From Penicillus capitatus (Eukaryota > Plantae > Chlorophyta), in assembly GCA_965649825.1 (NCBI GenBank), contig OZ287702.1, positions 796,786-860,785 of the forward strand: DNA of 64,000 nucleotides, given 5' to 3'. Shown piece by piece: positions 1-12,554 of the stretch; the stretch's first letter is position 1; every line of letters starts with the position of its first letter. The notes under the pieces were generated by a model that ran no database searches, had not been told where the DNA came from, and saw only the letters and a program-made list of their open reading frames with translations. The position numbers and the translations under genes were made by a program.

Positions 1-754
1 GGCACACTGAATGTGTTACTGCTTAGGACACGAGTGTTCCAGAGCCGATGCTACTGCAGTCGGCGTCGTCTCCGCGCAATTGACGTTTCCCGTAGCTGCC
101 TTCCTCGACTTCCGGCCATCCGTACTCCCAGTCGGCATATCTGATCCGTCAGTCGATGCGTCTCGGTCGGCGTTTGCGCGGACGAAAACGACATCCACTG
201 CCGATTGTTCCGAAACAACTGCACGACTGACTGGCGACCGAACTTCGCCGAAATCGACCCCATGTTTCCAGATTTACGCCGCAGCACCACATGCCGCTGT
301 GAGACTGACCACCGCAACTTCACGAAGGCTGTGAGCGACGACGCAGTCGCATCGACGAAACCCTCGGCGAAGCTGAGATGCGGTCAGCGGAGTCAACCAC
401 CGCAGACAAAGGCATCGTCACATACCATCCGTACTTGTGCCGGTCCAGGGACCTCAACTGGAGGCATCTGAGGCGCGGACACGGACGACACAGAGTCGGA
501 TGTGTTTGTAATGTTTGTCCGTGCGGTCGGTGGCTAGTCTGCACGGAACGGCTTCGCTTTCCACCAGCAGCAGTAGAAGAACGCCTACGACGCTCCGAAA
601 CCAGACTGTCGCGTGCGCCGGGCGCCGTCGGCGCGCATGCGGATGCGAGGCGGAGGCAGAGAAACGGCGGGCGAACGCGGATTAATGATGATTGTTCGAT
701 GTCTTCGATTCTGCAGACTAGTCTCTGACTTGCCGTCGTTTCAGTCCATCACTC
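1..754. repeat. Direct repeat copy A (left end truncated by the window); candidate 3' LTR or tandem-duplication unit
   Basis: 1-754 matches 1321-2073 with about 5 transitions and one 1-bp indel; the ORF track shows near-identical ORFs at 11/1331 and 16/1336. Confidence 0.95.
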
Positions 755-768
755 TTCCCTGCGCAACT

Positions 769-1283
769 TCACCGTCGTCGAGCAGATGCAAATTCTGCCT
801 GAGTAACAAGACCCTTCAGCTGTCTTCTTCTCCGATCGCTGATCGTCTGAATACTGCGCTTCACCAGACCGTCGGATTGCGGATGATATACCCTATGACG
901 TGAGGTGCGACACGGGCTGTCGCACCATGTCGATACGGCAGATCCACAAAACACCTGCGCATTATCTGCATAGATCAATCGTAGAGGAGACTCGTCTGTC
1001 GTATTGTCTCGAATCCATGCACTGACCGGCAGAATTGCTCGAACTCTTCCGCATCTTGAGCATCAGTTACCCATCGCCACTCGTCAGATGGCTGAGATTC
1101 TGATGTACACCAATGCACGCAATGCGCTTTCTCGATCACCATGCGACCTTCTGTTGTCAGATGATCGAGACGTAGCGCGTCCGCTGCGTCTTCGTATCCC
1201 AGAAGTTGCGGTCTTCGATTGAGTGACAGTATACGAGCATGGCAGATAGTTCGCTCTGCAAAACGAATCCAGATTTGCGTCAC
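769..1283 (-). pseudogene. Degenerate Ty3/gypsy-type retrotransposon integrase fragment
   Basis: ORF 769-978 reads IYADNAQVF...RVYHPQSDGLVKRSIQTI, matching the rve core motif (SDNG.QF ... YHPQS.G.VER); the catalytic Glu position is Lys. ORF 975-1283 resembles a decayed integrase HHCC zinc-binding region. A purine tract AGGGAAGAG lies on the minus strand at 752-760. Confidence 0.7.
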
Positions 1284-1320
1284 GATCGCTTGCAGATGGC
1301 CCGCCTATTGGCAGGTCATC

Positions 1321-2073
1321 GGCATACTGAATGTGTTACTGCTTAGGACACGAGTGTTCCAGAGCCGATGCTACTGCAGTCGGCGTCGTCTCCGCGCAAT
1401 TGACGTTTCCCGTAGCTGCCTTCCTCGACTTCCGGCTATCCGTACTCCCAGTCGGCATATCTGATCCGTCAGTCGATGCGTCTCGGTCGGCGTTTGCGCG
1501 GACGAAAACGACATCCACTGCCGATTGTTCCGAAACAACTGCACGACTGGCTGGCGACCGAACTTCGCCGAAATCGATCCCATGTTTCCAGATTTACGCC
1601 GCAGCACCACATGCCGCTGTGAGACTGACCACCGCAACTTCACGAAGGCTGTGAGCGACGACGCAGTCGCATCGACGAAACCCTCGGCGAAGCTGAGATG
1701 CGTCAGCGGAGTCAACCACCGCAGACAAAGGCATCGTCACATACCATCCGTACTTGTGCCGGTCCAGGGACCTCAACTGGAGGCATCTGAGGCGCGGACA
1801 CGGACGACACAGAGTCGGATGTGTTTGTGATGTTTGTCCGTGCGGTCGGTGGCTAGTCTGCACGGAACGGCTTCGCTTTCCACCAGCAGCAGTAGAAGAA
1901 CGCCTACGACGCTCCGAAACCAGACTGTCGCGTGCGCCGGGCGCCGTCGGCGCGCATGCGGATGCGAGGCGGAGGCAGAGAAACGGCGGGCGAACGCGGA
2001 TTAATGATGATTGTTCGATGTCTTCGATTCTGCAGACTAGTCTCTGACTTGCCGTCGTTTCAGTCCATCACTC
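1321..2073. repeat. Direct repeat copy A'; candidate 5' LTR or tandem-duplication unit
   Basis: Near-identical to 1-754; similarity ends at ...CAGTCCATCACTC, 6 bp before the ATG at 2080. Confidence 0.95.
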
Positions 2074-2079
2074 AGTATC

Positions 2080-5000
2080 ATGATAAACTTCAGACGGTCT
2101 GCAGTCGGTATCATTCTGCTTCTATATTGTCTGGCAGAAGCACAACAAGAGCTCGAAGGTGAAAGGAACAAACACACTCGTTCTTCGGAAACTTCTCGTA
2201 GACACGCAACATTACCTTTTGTCGCTCTTTCCGGCCCGGAAAGAGAGAGATTCGAGTTGCTAGAAACCGAACGTGTGCTTGGACACGCGTTTTAACCTTG
2301 AGGCTTTCTTCACAGGAGAGGGATGCGCTTTGAAAGAGGAAGGCACCAACGCAAGTTTTAATGAAGAACGTGGGACATGGACCGTCGGCGACGAGTTTTT
2401 TGAAGACTACGACTTGCAAGACGTTGTCGACTGTGCGAGTGAGGGAGATGTGATACGCTTGAACGTTGTTGTGTTAAGCCAACACGCCCCTAACAATGAG
2501 CTCATCTACTTACACTTGTGTCGATCTCCAAGCGACAGGTCGTAGGTTCGCTACACCTTCCCATCCACAAATAGACCCGCGGCTCTACGTCACAGATTCC
2601 AAGTAGATTCCGGAATCTTCGCAGAATATTCCTTCTTTGTTACTTAAAATAAAGTACCCTATAAAAGCTTTGTGAATGTACAGATCTTGTCTTTCGTTTG
2701 TAAGACTTTACGTTTCACAGGTCTACGTGCGCCCACCTTTAAAATTGTTTCCATCTAAAAACCTACGCAACAACGTCTCCAAAACCATTCGTCCACGAAG
2801 ACGCATTGAGATCGTGAAACGTCTCGAAATACGCGGAGTCTATGAAGAGAGTCCCGCAGGCGCAAACGTTCCGAAACCAGCGCTGACGTGCCCTTTGGGC
2901 AACTCGCTCCTCTTTATCCAGTCAGTTACAATAGACACCTCAGTGTAGTTCTGAATTGCGTCTGCAGGAATGCGAGTACCATTTTGCAGAACGTTGTCGT
3001 TCGAGATTGCGAGTTCGCGGAGCAGTTCGCGAATCTTAACATCGTCGATGTCACCTGCAATCAATCCCGCGAGGGTCCCATCGTACTCGAAATGATCGGC
3101 GTTGAATTCATCAACAATCGCAATCTACGTGGGAGAGTTGGATTTCATGTTCATAATGCTTCCTGCGTCTCGGTCACTCTTCGCAACTTCACATTCCGAC
3201 AAAATGAATATCTACTTGGTTCTGTTTTCGGAAAGCAGAATGACCTCGAGAGCGTACTCATTTCTGATAACATCCAGTGGCTCCAAATGACCATCAGAGG
3301 CGAATTCACCGCATTCTTCAATACAGAAATGCAGCGGAATGAATTTTTGGGCAGAGCAAACGATAACGATCAACCGTACAATCATTTTCGTTCCCTATGG
3401 ATTAGATTTAACAAGAGTTGTGGCTGCAGGTTTGAGGACATGGCACATCCAACAGACGTCTCTGCTTTAAAGAATGCCGTCTTTCGCTTTCCGGAGACGT
3501 CAACATCAAGACTGAAGGATATCGTTTCGATGAACAACACCGGCTGCGTGATGTCTATTGAGAGAGGAACGCTGACAGTGATTGGGATTCACAGTTTATT
3601 AACAACACTGGCGGGATCGGCTCCGTTATCATCGCCTTTCGAAGCAATGTCTCTCTGACCGATGCTGTATTCGAGATCAACGCGTACAATAACCCAGGAG
3701 GATGCTGGACTTGGCAGATGGAAGAGATAGCTTGATCCGCAACGTGCATTTTCGGAGGAATTTCGCCATAGCAGGCTCTTGTATTCTTGCGACGGATCCG
3801 AAGAGTCTGGGCATCTGGAACTCCACTCTGGAGCTGAACTACAATGACTATGGAGGGGCGGTTTCCGTAGACAGATCCTTCGATTCGAATTCGAGCTTGA
3901 CGATTTCCGATTGTCGGTTTTTGACAAACAATGTGACTGGGTCTGGACACCGTGCCAGGGGCAGCGTCGTCATCCAGCGTTTTAATGGCGGGAATATCAC
4001 AATACAATCGACGACCTTTGGACGACAGGTTGAAGAAAGGTGTTCGCTTCACTCTGACAATCTTTTCGGAATGTTCATTAATGATGATCGTATCGGAATG
4101 GTAGTGCTGACGGACACTCTGAACATTGCACTGGCTGTCAGAAATTGTTCGTTTGTCAAGGGACTCGGTATTTTGGGCAGCGGGATCCGTTTGGTAGACG
4201 TCAGTGGCAACTTCTCTATCGCACAATCTCTGTTTCATGAGATCAGAACTTGCACCTATGCGAGTGCCATATTCTTGAGATCTGCCAGTGCATACGGTAC
4301 TGTTCCCACGATGCTGACTATTACAGACTGTGCAGTTTCTTCAAATCGTTTCCGCGGCCAGACGATCTACATAAGTGGAAGCAGAGTAAACGCAGAACTG
4401 GGAGGAATACGATTTGAGGACAATGTTATCAATACCCGGTGGTGGATTGGAGGTTCCGTATTATTTGCAGGTGGCGTCGACAGTCTCTCTATGATAAACT
4501 GCACGTTGCAGAACAACAGCGCTCTGATTGATCGTAGTACTATGGAAGAGATGGGATCAGTGCACATAGAACGCACCCGAAGAATCAGGATAGAGCGAAG
4601 CAATTTCAACGCCAATTCGGTGGGTTCGAGAAGAGGGAATGCTGGAGGTGCCATCTATTGTTCCGCTGACGGAGAAACCAGCAGTCTAGAAATACATGAA
4701 TGCGAATTTGAGAGGAATGTTGCTGCTGACGGTGGAGCTCTTTATCTCAGCGGCTTCCACCATCTTCGTTTGACAAACTGTACCTTTCGAGAAAACAGAG
4801 CCGCTGATTATGGAGGAGCAATCCGTATTCTTGCACCAACCTCTGGGTATGACGACATCATTAGAGTAAACTTCACCGGAAACAAAGCTGCCGTCGGGGG
4901 GGCCTTGTGTATCAGCGGTCAACAGACACCATCACTGCAAGAGTCCTTTTTCTCAGAAAATGAAGCAACGTTGTATGGAGGTGCCATTGCACTGATAGCG

Positions 5001-7920
5001 CTCCATCGACCAGGATCCTTTGCATACAATGGATCCATCATCTACGACGGGACTGGCGCACGCTCCCAGACTCAACTACCATACATGACTCCATACGGCG
5101 AAACCATAGGTCGTTCCAGCACATTTATAGCAAATAGAGCATCGTTCGGAGGTAGCACCGACTAATATGTTTGCATAGTACTAAAAGTGAGGTCATTGTC
5201 TCCAGGAGCTCTTTTCTTCTATGGCGCTCGCGTCATTGTCGATGTGGACATCAACCCAACCCAAGTCTTTAATGCGTCCAGTCACTGTCTCTACTGTCGA
5301 TTTCGAGACAGACTAAACTGTACCAGGAATCATGCAAGCATTGCTGGAGGTGCCATTTTTGCAAGAGAGATACGAGACGCAAAGCACTTCATGGAACGCT
5401 GCAGAAATGTTGGAGAAGAACCACTCGAGGAGAACACTGTCACCACCTCGTACGCTGAGAATCCGGTGTGCCTGGTGGACGCAGACAACACTGTCGGAGA
5501 AGGCGGATATGGTCCAGATGTTGCCACCACAGCAATCGGCTTCTTCGCCGCACTGATCTACGACAACGGAACTCGGGTGATACTAGAAGAAGGAGCTGAG
5601 TATGACTTTGGCGATTGGAAGAGCGGTGACGATTTTCCCACGATGCAGATTTCCCTCCATGACGACTATGGACAAGGTCCGGCAAGAAAGGGATCTTCAT
5701 CCGTAAATTTGCCTCACGCCGACCTGGGAAATGTGCACCTGCCTGACTATTCGGCTCCTGTCACAGCAGTTTTGAGATCTGCTGATGGTCTTCTTCCGAA
5801 CGACATCGTGGCCGATTTAGCATCAGGAGAGGCAAATCTCACAATCGGTTCGCCGATGGTGAAACCTGAAATCTACACAGCTACCCTGAGTGTACCGGAC
5901 TTGTCCACAGAAAGTATACGTTTTAGAGTCAGAATCCGTCCGTGCATCGTAAACGAAGTGCCTCGTGAGGACAACAGGGGTTGTAATGAATGCGATCCTG
6001 GACAATACAACTTTGATCCCAGAAAAGGAAGATGTGTCACATGTCCAGACGATGCAGACTGTTTGGGCAAGTATATTCTCCCAGAGTCCGAACACTGGAA
6101 TGCATTTCCATGCTCGCACCACGTTCAAAAGTGCATTTCTACAGAAGCCTGTCTTGGCCGAAACTCAGAAGCTCTAAACACCACCTCATTGGAAGACAAG
6201 GCGACAGGATGCGAACTGTCCGAAAAAGATGTTAGAGATTATCAGTTGGCTTTGTGCAAAGAAGGATATGAAGGCTCCCTGTGCGGGTCGTGCGCAAGGG
6301 ATCATGGTAGGTTCGGCACATTTAGGTGCCTGCCATGTCAGCATCCTATCAGTGCGATTGCGACTGTTATTGCCGCCCTCTTCTTCATGACGATTCTTTC
6401 GCTGATTCAGATAAGAGGGACATTGACCCTTGCAGATCTACAGTCGTCGAGGAGAAACTTTTCGAGATTAATCAAACGCTGGAAAAGACTCTCTGTCCAC
6501 CACAATACGAATACCAATCAGAGAGTCACGGACACGCCTCAACAAGAAGCAGGACCCTCAGATCCAACTGCGCGACCTCGAGATTCGTCATCGGACTACC
6601 AAAGTAAAGCGCAAGAAGAGAACATAAAGTTCGTGCAAATCCTAAAGGTGACCTGTCATTTTCTTCAAGGATCTCTCTGCTGCATCAGTTATGTGCAGAT
6701 TGCCGTGAACTTTGTTCAAGTCGTGGCTGCTGGAATGGCACTGGACATAGCTTGGTCGTCGTCCGTACTCCGACTTTTCGAAGCTTGGGGTGCGTGACAT
6801 TTGCATCATTGATTTAATAAGAGTGACTCCTGCTTGCTACACAGATTGGATAGGCGGAGCCGTGAGCCTGTCCTTTGGATTTTCATTCGGCTGCTTATTG
6901 CCAAAAAATGCAGCAACGTCGACATCTGTTGTGCTGGCGATTATGACGCTCTCCATGCCTCCGTTCGTCGCCTCTTTCATTTGTTTAGTCTGGACAAGCT
7001 ATGCAGTGATGAAAGGCAGGCCAGGGGTATACCTGATCCGAAGAATCGTTCTTGTGTGTGTCTCTGTCTTCTACGTCTCCTATCTTCCTCTCGTCCGCAC
7101 GGCCATCAGCGTGTTTTCCTGCGTGGATGTCTTTTACGCTGTCACTCTTGAAGGAGTTGATGCATCGCATTCTTACTGGGCCGTGGACATGTCCATCAGG
7201 TGTTTCGTCAGCAGCCACAAGGTTCTTGCAATCGGCGTCGCCCTCCCGGTTCTCATGCTCTCTCTCCTCTTTCCTGTCCTCATGGCTACGATTCTCATCA
7301 TCGCCAGCAAGAAGGATTCACTTCGTTCTCCCTGGATTCGAGAAACATTCGGCATACATTTTGCCGCTTTAAAAGAACTCTTCATATTCTGGGAATGCAT
7401 TGTCTTGTTAAGGAAGTTTCTAATAGCTGTTGTAGCTGCCTTTTCGTACGATTTAGAAGCCAATCTACAGGGAATGTTTCTTCTTGCTATTCTACTGCTT
7501 GCACTTTTTCTGCACGTTTCGGCATCACCATTCAGGTCAAACATGAACACCCTCAATCTCCTTGAATCCGCGTCTCTCATTATTAGTGCGTCTACTATAC
7601 TGTGTGGTCTCATTCTGAATGACAAGAAGATTTCGCATGATATTTTGTCATCCAGTTTGACGGCAGCCATTCTGTTTCTGAATATCGGTTTCTCCTTGGT
7701 GCTTGCTTACTTTCTGGCAAAACACAAAATCAATGAAATGCATTTCGTTCTTTTGTCGAATGGAGAAGAACTGCCGTCGAACAATATATTCAGCGTGATT
7801 AAGAACTTTCTCGTCCATCGTTTCGAACAACTCAAAAATGCACTCACACAGAAACCCCGCGACATACAACATTCTGGTTTGGTACCGAGAGTCGAGTTGA
7901 CACCGGATCTTCCAAACTAG
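2080..7920 (+). pseudogene. Large cell-surface receptor/adhesin-like gene: signal peptide, pectin-lyase-like beta-helix with Pmp-like GGA(I/L/V) and FxxN repeats, Cys-rich GCC2/GCC3-like region, multi-TM C-terminus; probably disrupted
   Basis: N-terminus MINFRRSAVGIILLLYCLAEAQQ; repeats such as FERNVAADGGAL, FRENRAADYGGAI, FTGNKAAVGGAL; CNECDPGQYNFDPRKGRCVTCPDDADC and CKEGYEGSLCGSC; many hydrophobic helices in 6350-7720. Solo LTR at 2467-2772 and apparent 1-nt frameshifts near 3585 and 3705. Confidence 0.8.
2467..2772. mobile_element. Solo LTR (306 bp) inserted in a coding exon
   Basis: Termini TGTTG...CAACA; 4-bp target-site duplication ACGT at 2463-2466 and 2773-2776; internal AATAAA and TATAAAAG near 2648-2668. 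Removing the element and one TSD copy restores DVIRLNVSKTIRPRRRIEI. Confidence 0.85.
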
Positions 7921-9415
7921 TAGGCCCTTTTGTGATCGATTGTTGATCTTGTTGATCGCATTTCATCTGACTACATTTTAGTACACCTCGACATGTTTAA
8001 CCATTCTATCGGTACCTTTATTTAAGAATCCATCGCATTTCATCTTCTTGCTCAGACATGAGTCAATGATGACGTTTCCAAAACTCACAGTTGATGAAAT
8101 CGATTAGCCTGCTATGAGCAACCTTTATTGCCCAAGTCCCAGAGAGAATTCAAAATATCAGCCGCTGAGAAACGATTACGAAAACTGATTGCAATGATAT
8201 GTGTCGGATTTGATGCGATCGGTGTGTAAAGCGAACAGTCCTATCATTTAATCCTCATTGCTAAAGATACAGTGGAACAAATGTCTTGTTTCTTGTTGTA
8301 ACGAAGTTTGTGTACGGGCGCGCGTATGATAATTGATAGTGCAGTATTCTACTAGGTTAGGTAAGCCTACGGCTCATTCGCGGCCCCAATTCATCGGCAG
8401 ATCAATACGCAAGCTTCACTGGACGGTAACGCGAGATGATTCGCCGTCATATAGCACTCTTCTAAAGCTACCTTGTTTATAGTCTGCTCAGAGCTTCCAT
8501 ACAGTTTACCAGGTGAGGAAAACATGAAGAATCTGATGGTTTTACGGACGCGCCAACGGAAGATGATCGAGAGGACCAGAGGACTGGCACGCCATTCCAA
8601 GGAACCATTTGCGAGATTGTACCGAGCGGTTCAGCCGAGCAGGTGACGCAAAAGAGTAACTAAGGACGATGCGGTAGACCTAGATATGCCACTGGCCGAA
8701 ACAGGCGTGGCTCTCAGAGCCTCTTGGACACCGCCGTCGAGGGGCGACGATGTCTCTCAAGCAGCTTTCCTGTAAACAAAGACGTTCGTGGCTCTTGCTC
8801 CTATCTCTGCCATTCCGCATTGTGTTGCGGCGTCTTTCTATCTCTGAAGACGCACGAATGGTGCCGAGCAGTGCCGTCGTAAGGAATGCAAAGAGTCATC
8901 TATGCGCCCTACGGCGCTATGTCAAGACATTCTTACACCCCTCATCTGGTGTTAGAAGCTAGACAACTGGACCAAAGATCTACACGTGCAGGTAGTTAGT
9001 TGTCAGTCATCAAATGTGTTCTTGTGGCTTCAGTCACATTCCTTTTCCCGAGTTCGACAAAGGCGACTGACTGGCTTGCAGACTTACGTCTTCCACATCA
9101 ATTTTGCTTCAAGAAGTTTTGCGGGATACGTGTCATCGTCAATCGATGTCGTTCGGGCGCCGGAAAGAGGAAGAATACAAACGGGTTGCTTTCTAGTTCC
9201 AAAAGATAAGGTTGTGCGAAACAGACGCGCAAGACCAGCTTCTGGTGTTCTGTATTGAGTTTTCAATGCTCACACCAACAAAAGTGCATAGTACAGAACA
9301 TCTGGCCGATTTGACGGCAGCAGTCGTATAACGGCCATGTGCGTGATGAGACATACGTGCGCACATCTTGAATTCGTCGTATAAAATCGACTGTTAGTGT
9401 AGTGATCTGGACGGA

Positions 9416-11656
9416 ATGGCGAAGGGTTGCCGTGCTTTCACAGAATGCTCCAGGAAATACGGTAGTCCACTTTACGACTTCTTTATTCCGTCTCTGTTCG
9501 AGTTTTCCACGGGGAAGTCAGTAGTCATCAAAGATTGGCGCCTTGTAACTTGTGCTGACCGTTGCGCACTATTGAGCGTATGTTCTTAGGGTGTCTTTTT
9601 GCGAATCCTACAAGTCGCCATTCTTATCTACGTGCTAGTCGATGTCGTCAGCAAAGCATCTTACATGCGCCAAGAAGTACCCATGGCTGGCTGTCTCTGC
9701 CGTCACTTAACCGTCGAGCATAGGTCCCGAAGGGAGTCGTCAGTCCAGTGGTGCAAGTGAGGGCCGATGAACGAAGACAAATGTTTCTAGATCAGCGTAT
9801 TGTAAGACTGGCCTTTTGCCTGTCATGTCATCAATGACTTTGTTGTGTTGTCTGGTACAGCAATACAACAACGATAGCCTGCCTTACTGCGCCAACCCGG
9901 AAAACTACACCTACACTTTCGGAAACGATAGCTTTACAGGCTTCCAGTAGAGAATAACAGTAAGAAAGGATACAAGAGTGATTGCATGTGTTCAGGTGTT
10001 TGGTGATGGATGTCTTGGCAAATCCTCAAAAGGGAGAGACGAAGTTCTTCATCACCACCTACATGCGCATCGACAAGCTCTACTACGTCGACGTGCCAAA
10101 GCGCCAGGATTGTCCAAATCCGACAGAGATCCCCGCTATCGAGCTGACTGCCACTGCACTCGGCAACACCCCTTTCTTTGGCGTCTGCGTCTTCAGCAGT
10201 GTCGATCAGTACTTCACGATCGATCCAGAAGCAATTCCAATCGTAACGGGCCTTACTCTACATGGACTTGTAAAACTTCTGTTCTGTGCTCATAGACATT
10301 CATACACTCCTACTACACATCCGTCGTAGACAAGAGCGGATCTGTTCCTCAGACCGTCATCAAAGCGGAAAACTACGACGGAGGAGAGCTCTGGGCTCGA
10401 GACGGAGATCCTATACGCCTCAACACAAGGGAGCTATTGAAGATCAGTGGTGTGGATTTAGACAAACGACTGGATGAACAGCCTAACGGCCAGGGACTGG
10501 ATGCCGCAGCCAGAGACAACAAAACAGTCTCCTATCCTTATGCCCGTCTCTCTGGAGTCACTCTGATCATGACGTTTAAGTACTACACCCGCGCACTGGC
10601 TCCTGGGCGCTTCAAATGGACAGCGGGAGGGAAAGCAGGAGACACCATCTGCATTGTCGAAGTCACTCCTCAGCTCACGTGGTCATCTCAGGGATCAGAC
10701 ATTCAGCAGTTGATCAACTATACAGACGGTCCATTCTTCATCAATCCAAGACGTGAGCGTCGTGCAGCGAACGAAACAGAATCTCTTCTGGAAGGAATCC
10801 AAGTGGATTACCAGAGAAATGGCATTGAGCTCAAAATCAAGATTACAGGTCAGACTGCTTGCCATCGCCAGTATTACACGAAATGTTTTTAGGGAATATG
10901 GGACGATTTGAATTCTTCTCCCTTGTCACTGCAGTGATAACCGGCGCTGTATTGCTGAGCTTTGCACAGATTGCCGTCTCTTATGTTGCAATTTATGGGT
11001 TGGGCGTAGCGTCTACGCTATATGCCGAACATATAGAGGAGTCTGTCAACTGGAGAATGGACTATGCCCGATTTGCAGTCCAGTCTCTCGTTGCTGGAAT
11101 GGCGTTCAGGAAATACGACGAAGACGGATCGGGAACTCTGGATCGCCAAGAAATCTACAAGCACTTGAATGACGTCTTCCAAGGCGAAAGAGAGAATGGT
11201 CAGATTTTGAGTCTGGACGAGGTGGCATGCCTGTCCGACTTCTTTCTACGTCACAGACAGTTGACAGACGGCGAGGGCGAGCTCGAAGAACAATCAGAAG
11301 GCGTAAGATCACCCTGTCCTGTATCTCATTATCGCATCTCTGTGTCACAGTCGTCTGGTAACGTGGAGATTACGACAGTCAATATGGCTGACTGGATCGA
11401 TACCTTTACAGAAGAGAAGGTGCAGATCAGTTCTTTGACGCGTTTGGTCAAGAGTGAATACAACGATCCGAAGACCATCGAAATCCTTCGCGCCCTCGCT
11501 CAGGTACATCGTGTCAAAATTGTGGGAGAACTGTGATATGTGAACCTGAAGGGACGGGCGCTTCGCACTGGACCTCGCGTAATGATTGATTCCAAATCTG
11601 AATCTCAGACGGCAAATGCATGTGTCCGAGAACCGCTGCTAGAACATAATACCTGA
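9416..11656 (+). CDS. P2X: P2X receptor-like cation channel with C-terminal EF-hand, copy 1 (spliced)
   Basis: N-terminal F-S-T-G-K (YxTxK/R-like) then VIKDWRLG; TM1 GVFLRILQVAILIYVLV; pre-TM2 RNGIELKIKITG-NMGRFEFF and TM2 SLVTAVITGAVLLSFAQIAVSYV; EF loop DEDGSGTLDRQE at 11117-11152. GT-AG introns give a continuous frame; last exon ends ...EPLLEHNT*. Confidence 0.85.
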
Positions 11657-12554
11657 GCCCTGAACCTGAGCTAACACGTTGCATTCGGTCAGCGGGAAAG
11701 ATTACACCAACAGAAATCTACCTTTTTATTTCATGTGAATGTCATTCTGTCCGTTGTGTGTTCGTGCTGTCAATTCCAGATGTGCGGAATTGCCATCACT
11801 TCGCAGCGTTGAAGACTTTTTTGCAGTTTGGGAGAACAATGCACTCAACCTTGTTTGGCAGCTTGAGATCAGAAAAGCATCTCTTTTTCGACATAGACGA
11901 CCATGTGCATCGCAGTAAAATGCAGTGATGCCTTAGAGACAGAGCCCTCAGCCTGTATGAAAGACAAAGGATCGTTTTTGTAGACCTTGCCTATTTGTTC
12001 CATTTTCAACTCCGTTTGTCCTGAAGACGATCCCTTCTTTGCTAATCGTCGTTTTCACAGTCTCGGACTAAAGAGGATAGACCCATTCATAGACTGTACA
12101 TGTTGTTTTCCCTTTCTTTTGCAAGTTCAATTATGAATGTTGTTGAGTCACAGAATGGTTTGAAACATTGGTTCTTGATTTGTCGGTTGCGCCGACAAAA
12201 CGGCAATCGACATCAAACAAATTGTAACTGCGAACAAAATGGGTGCATTGCTTGATTTCACACCTATCGTATCTTATCTGAGTGTGACTAAAGATCGATC
12301 GTCATGCACTAGATAGAACTCTAGCGTCTTCAATTGAAATACGGACAAGGTTCTTCACCTGAAGGACGACCGGCATATCTGAAGCAAGTTATTTGCCAAA
12401 GGCGGCGGTCTTCTGTAACAAATGAATGACACATCAGTAGTGGATAGTGCGGCCCAAACTGTCCCATACATTTATCGATCCGGGAGTCAGTCAAGACTTT
12501 GACAAAAGGTGTCGATCGTCACCACCGCTCTTCTCCAATCATCGGGATTAGCTC

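Noticed and set aside
7921-9415. Short ORFs between the receptor-like gene and P2X copy 1
   Set aside because: Splice-like signals exist, but no consistent gene model or recognisable motif could be assembled; an RKWFLG resemblance to kinase KA1 domains was too weak.
11657-12554. Possible small secreted-protein gene on the minus strand
   Set aside because: Only a hydrophobic stretch and short open segments; no convincing exon chain.
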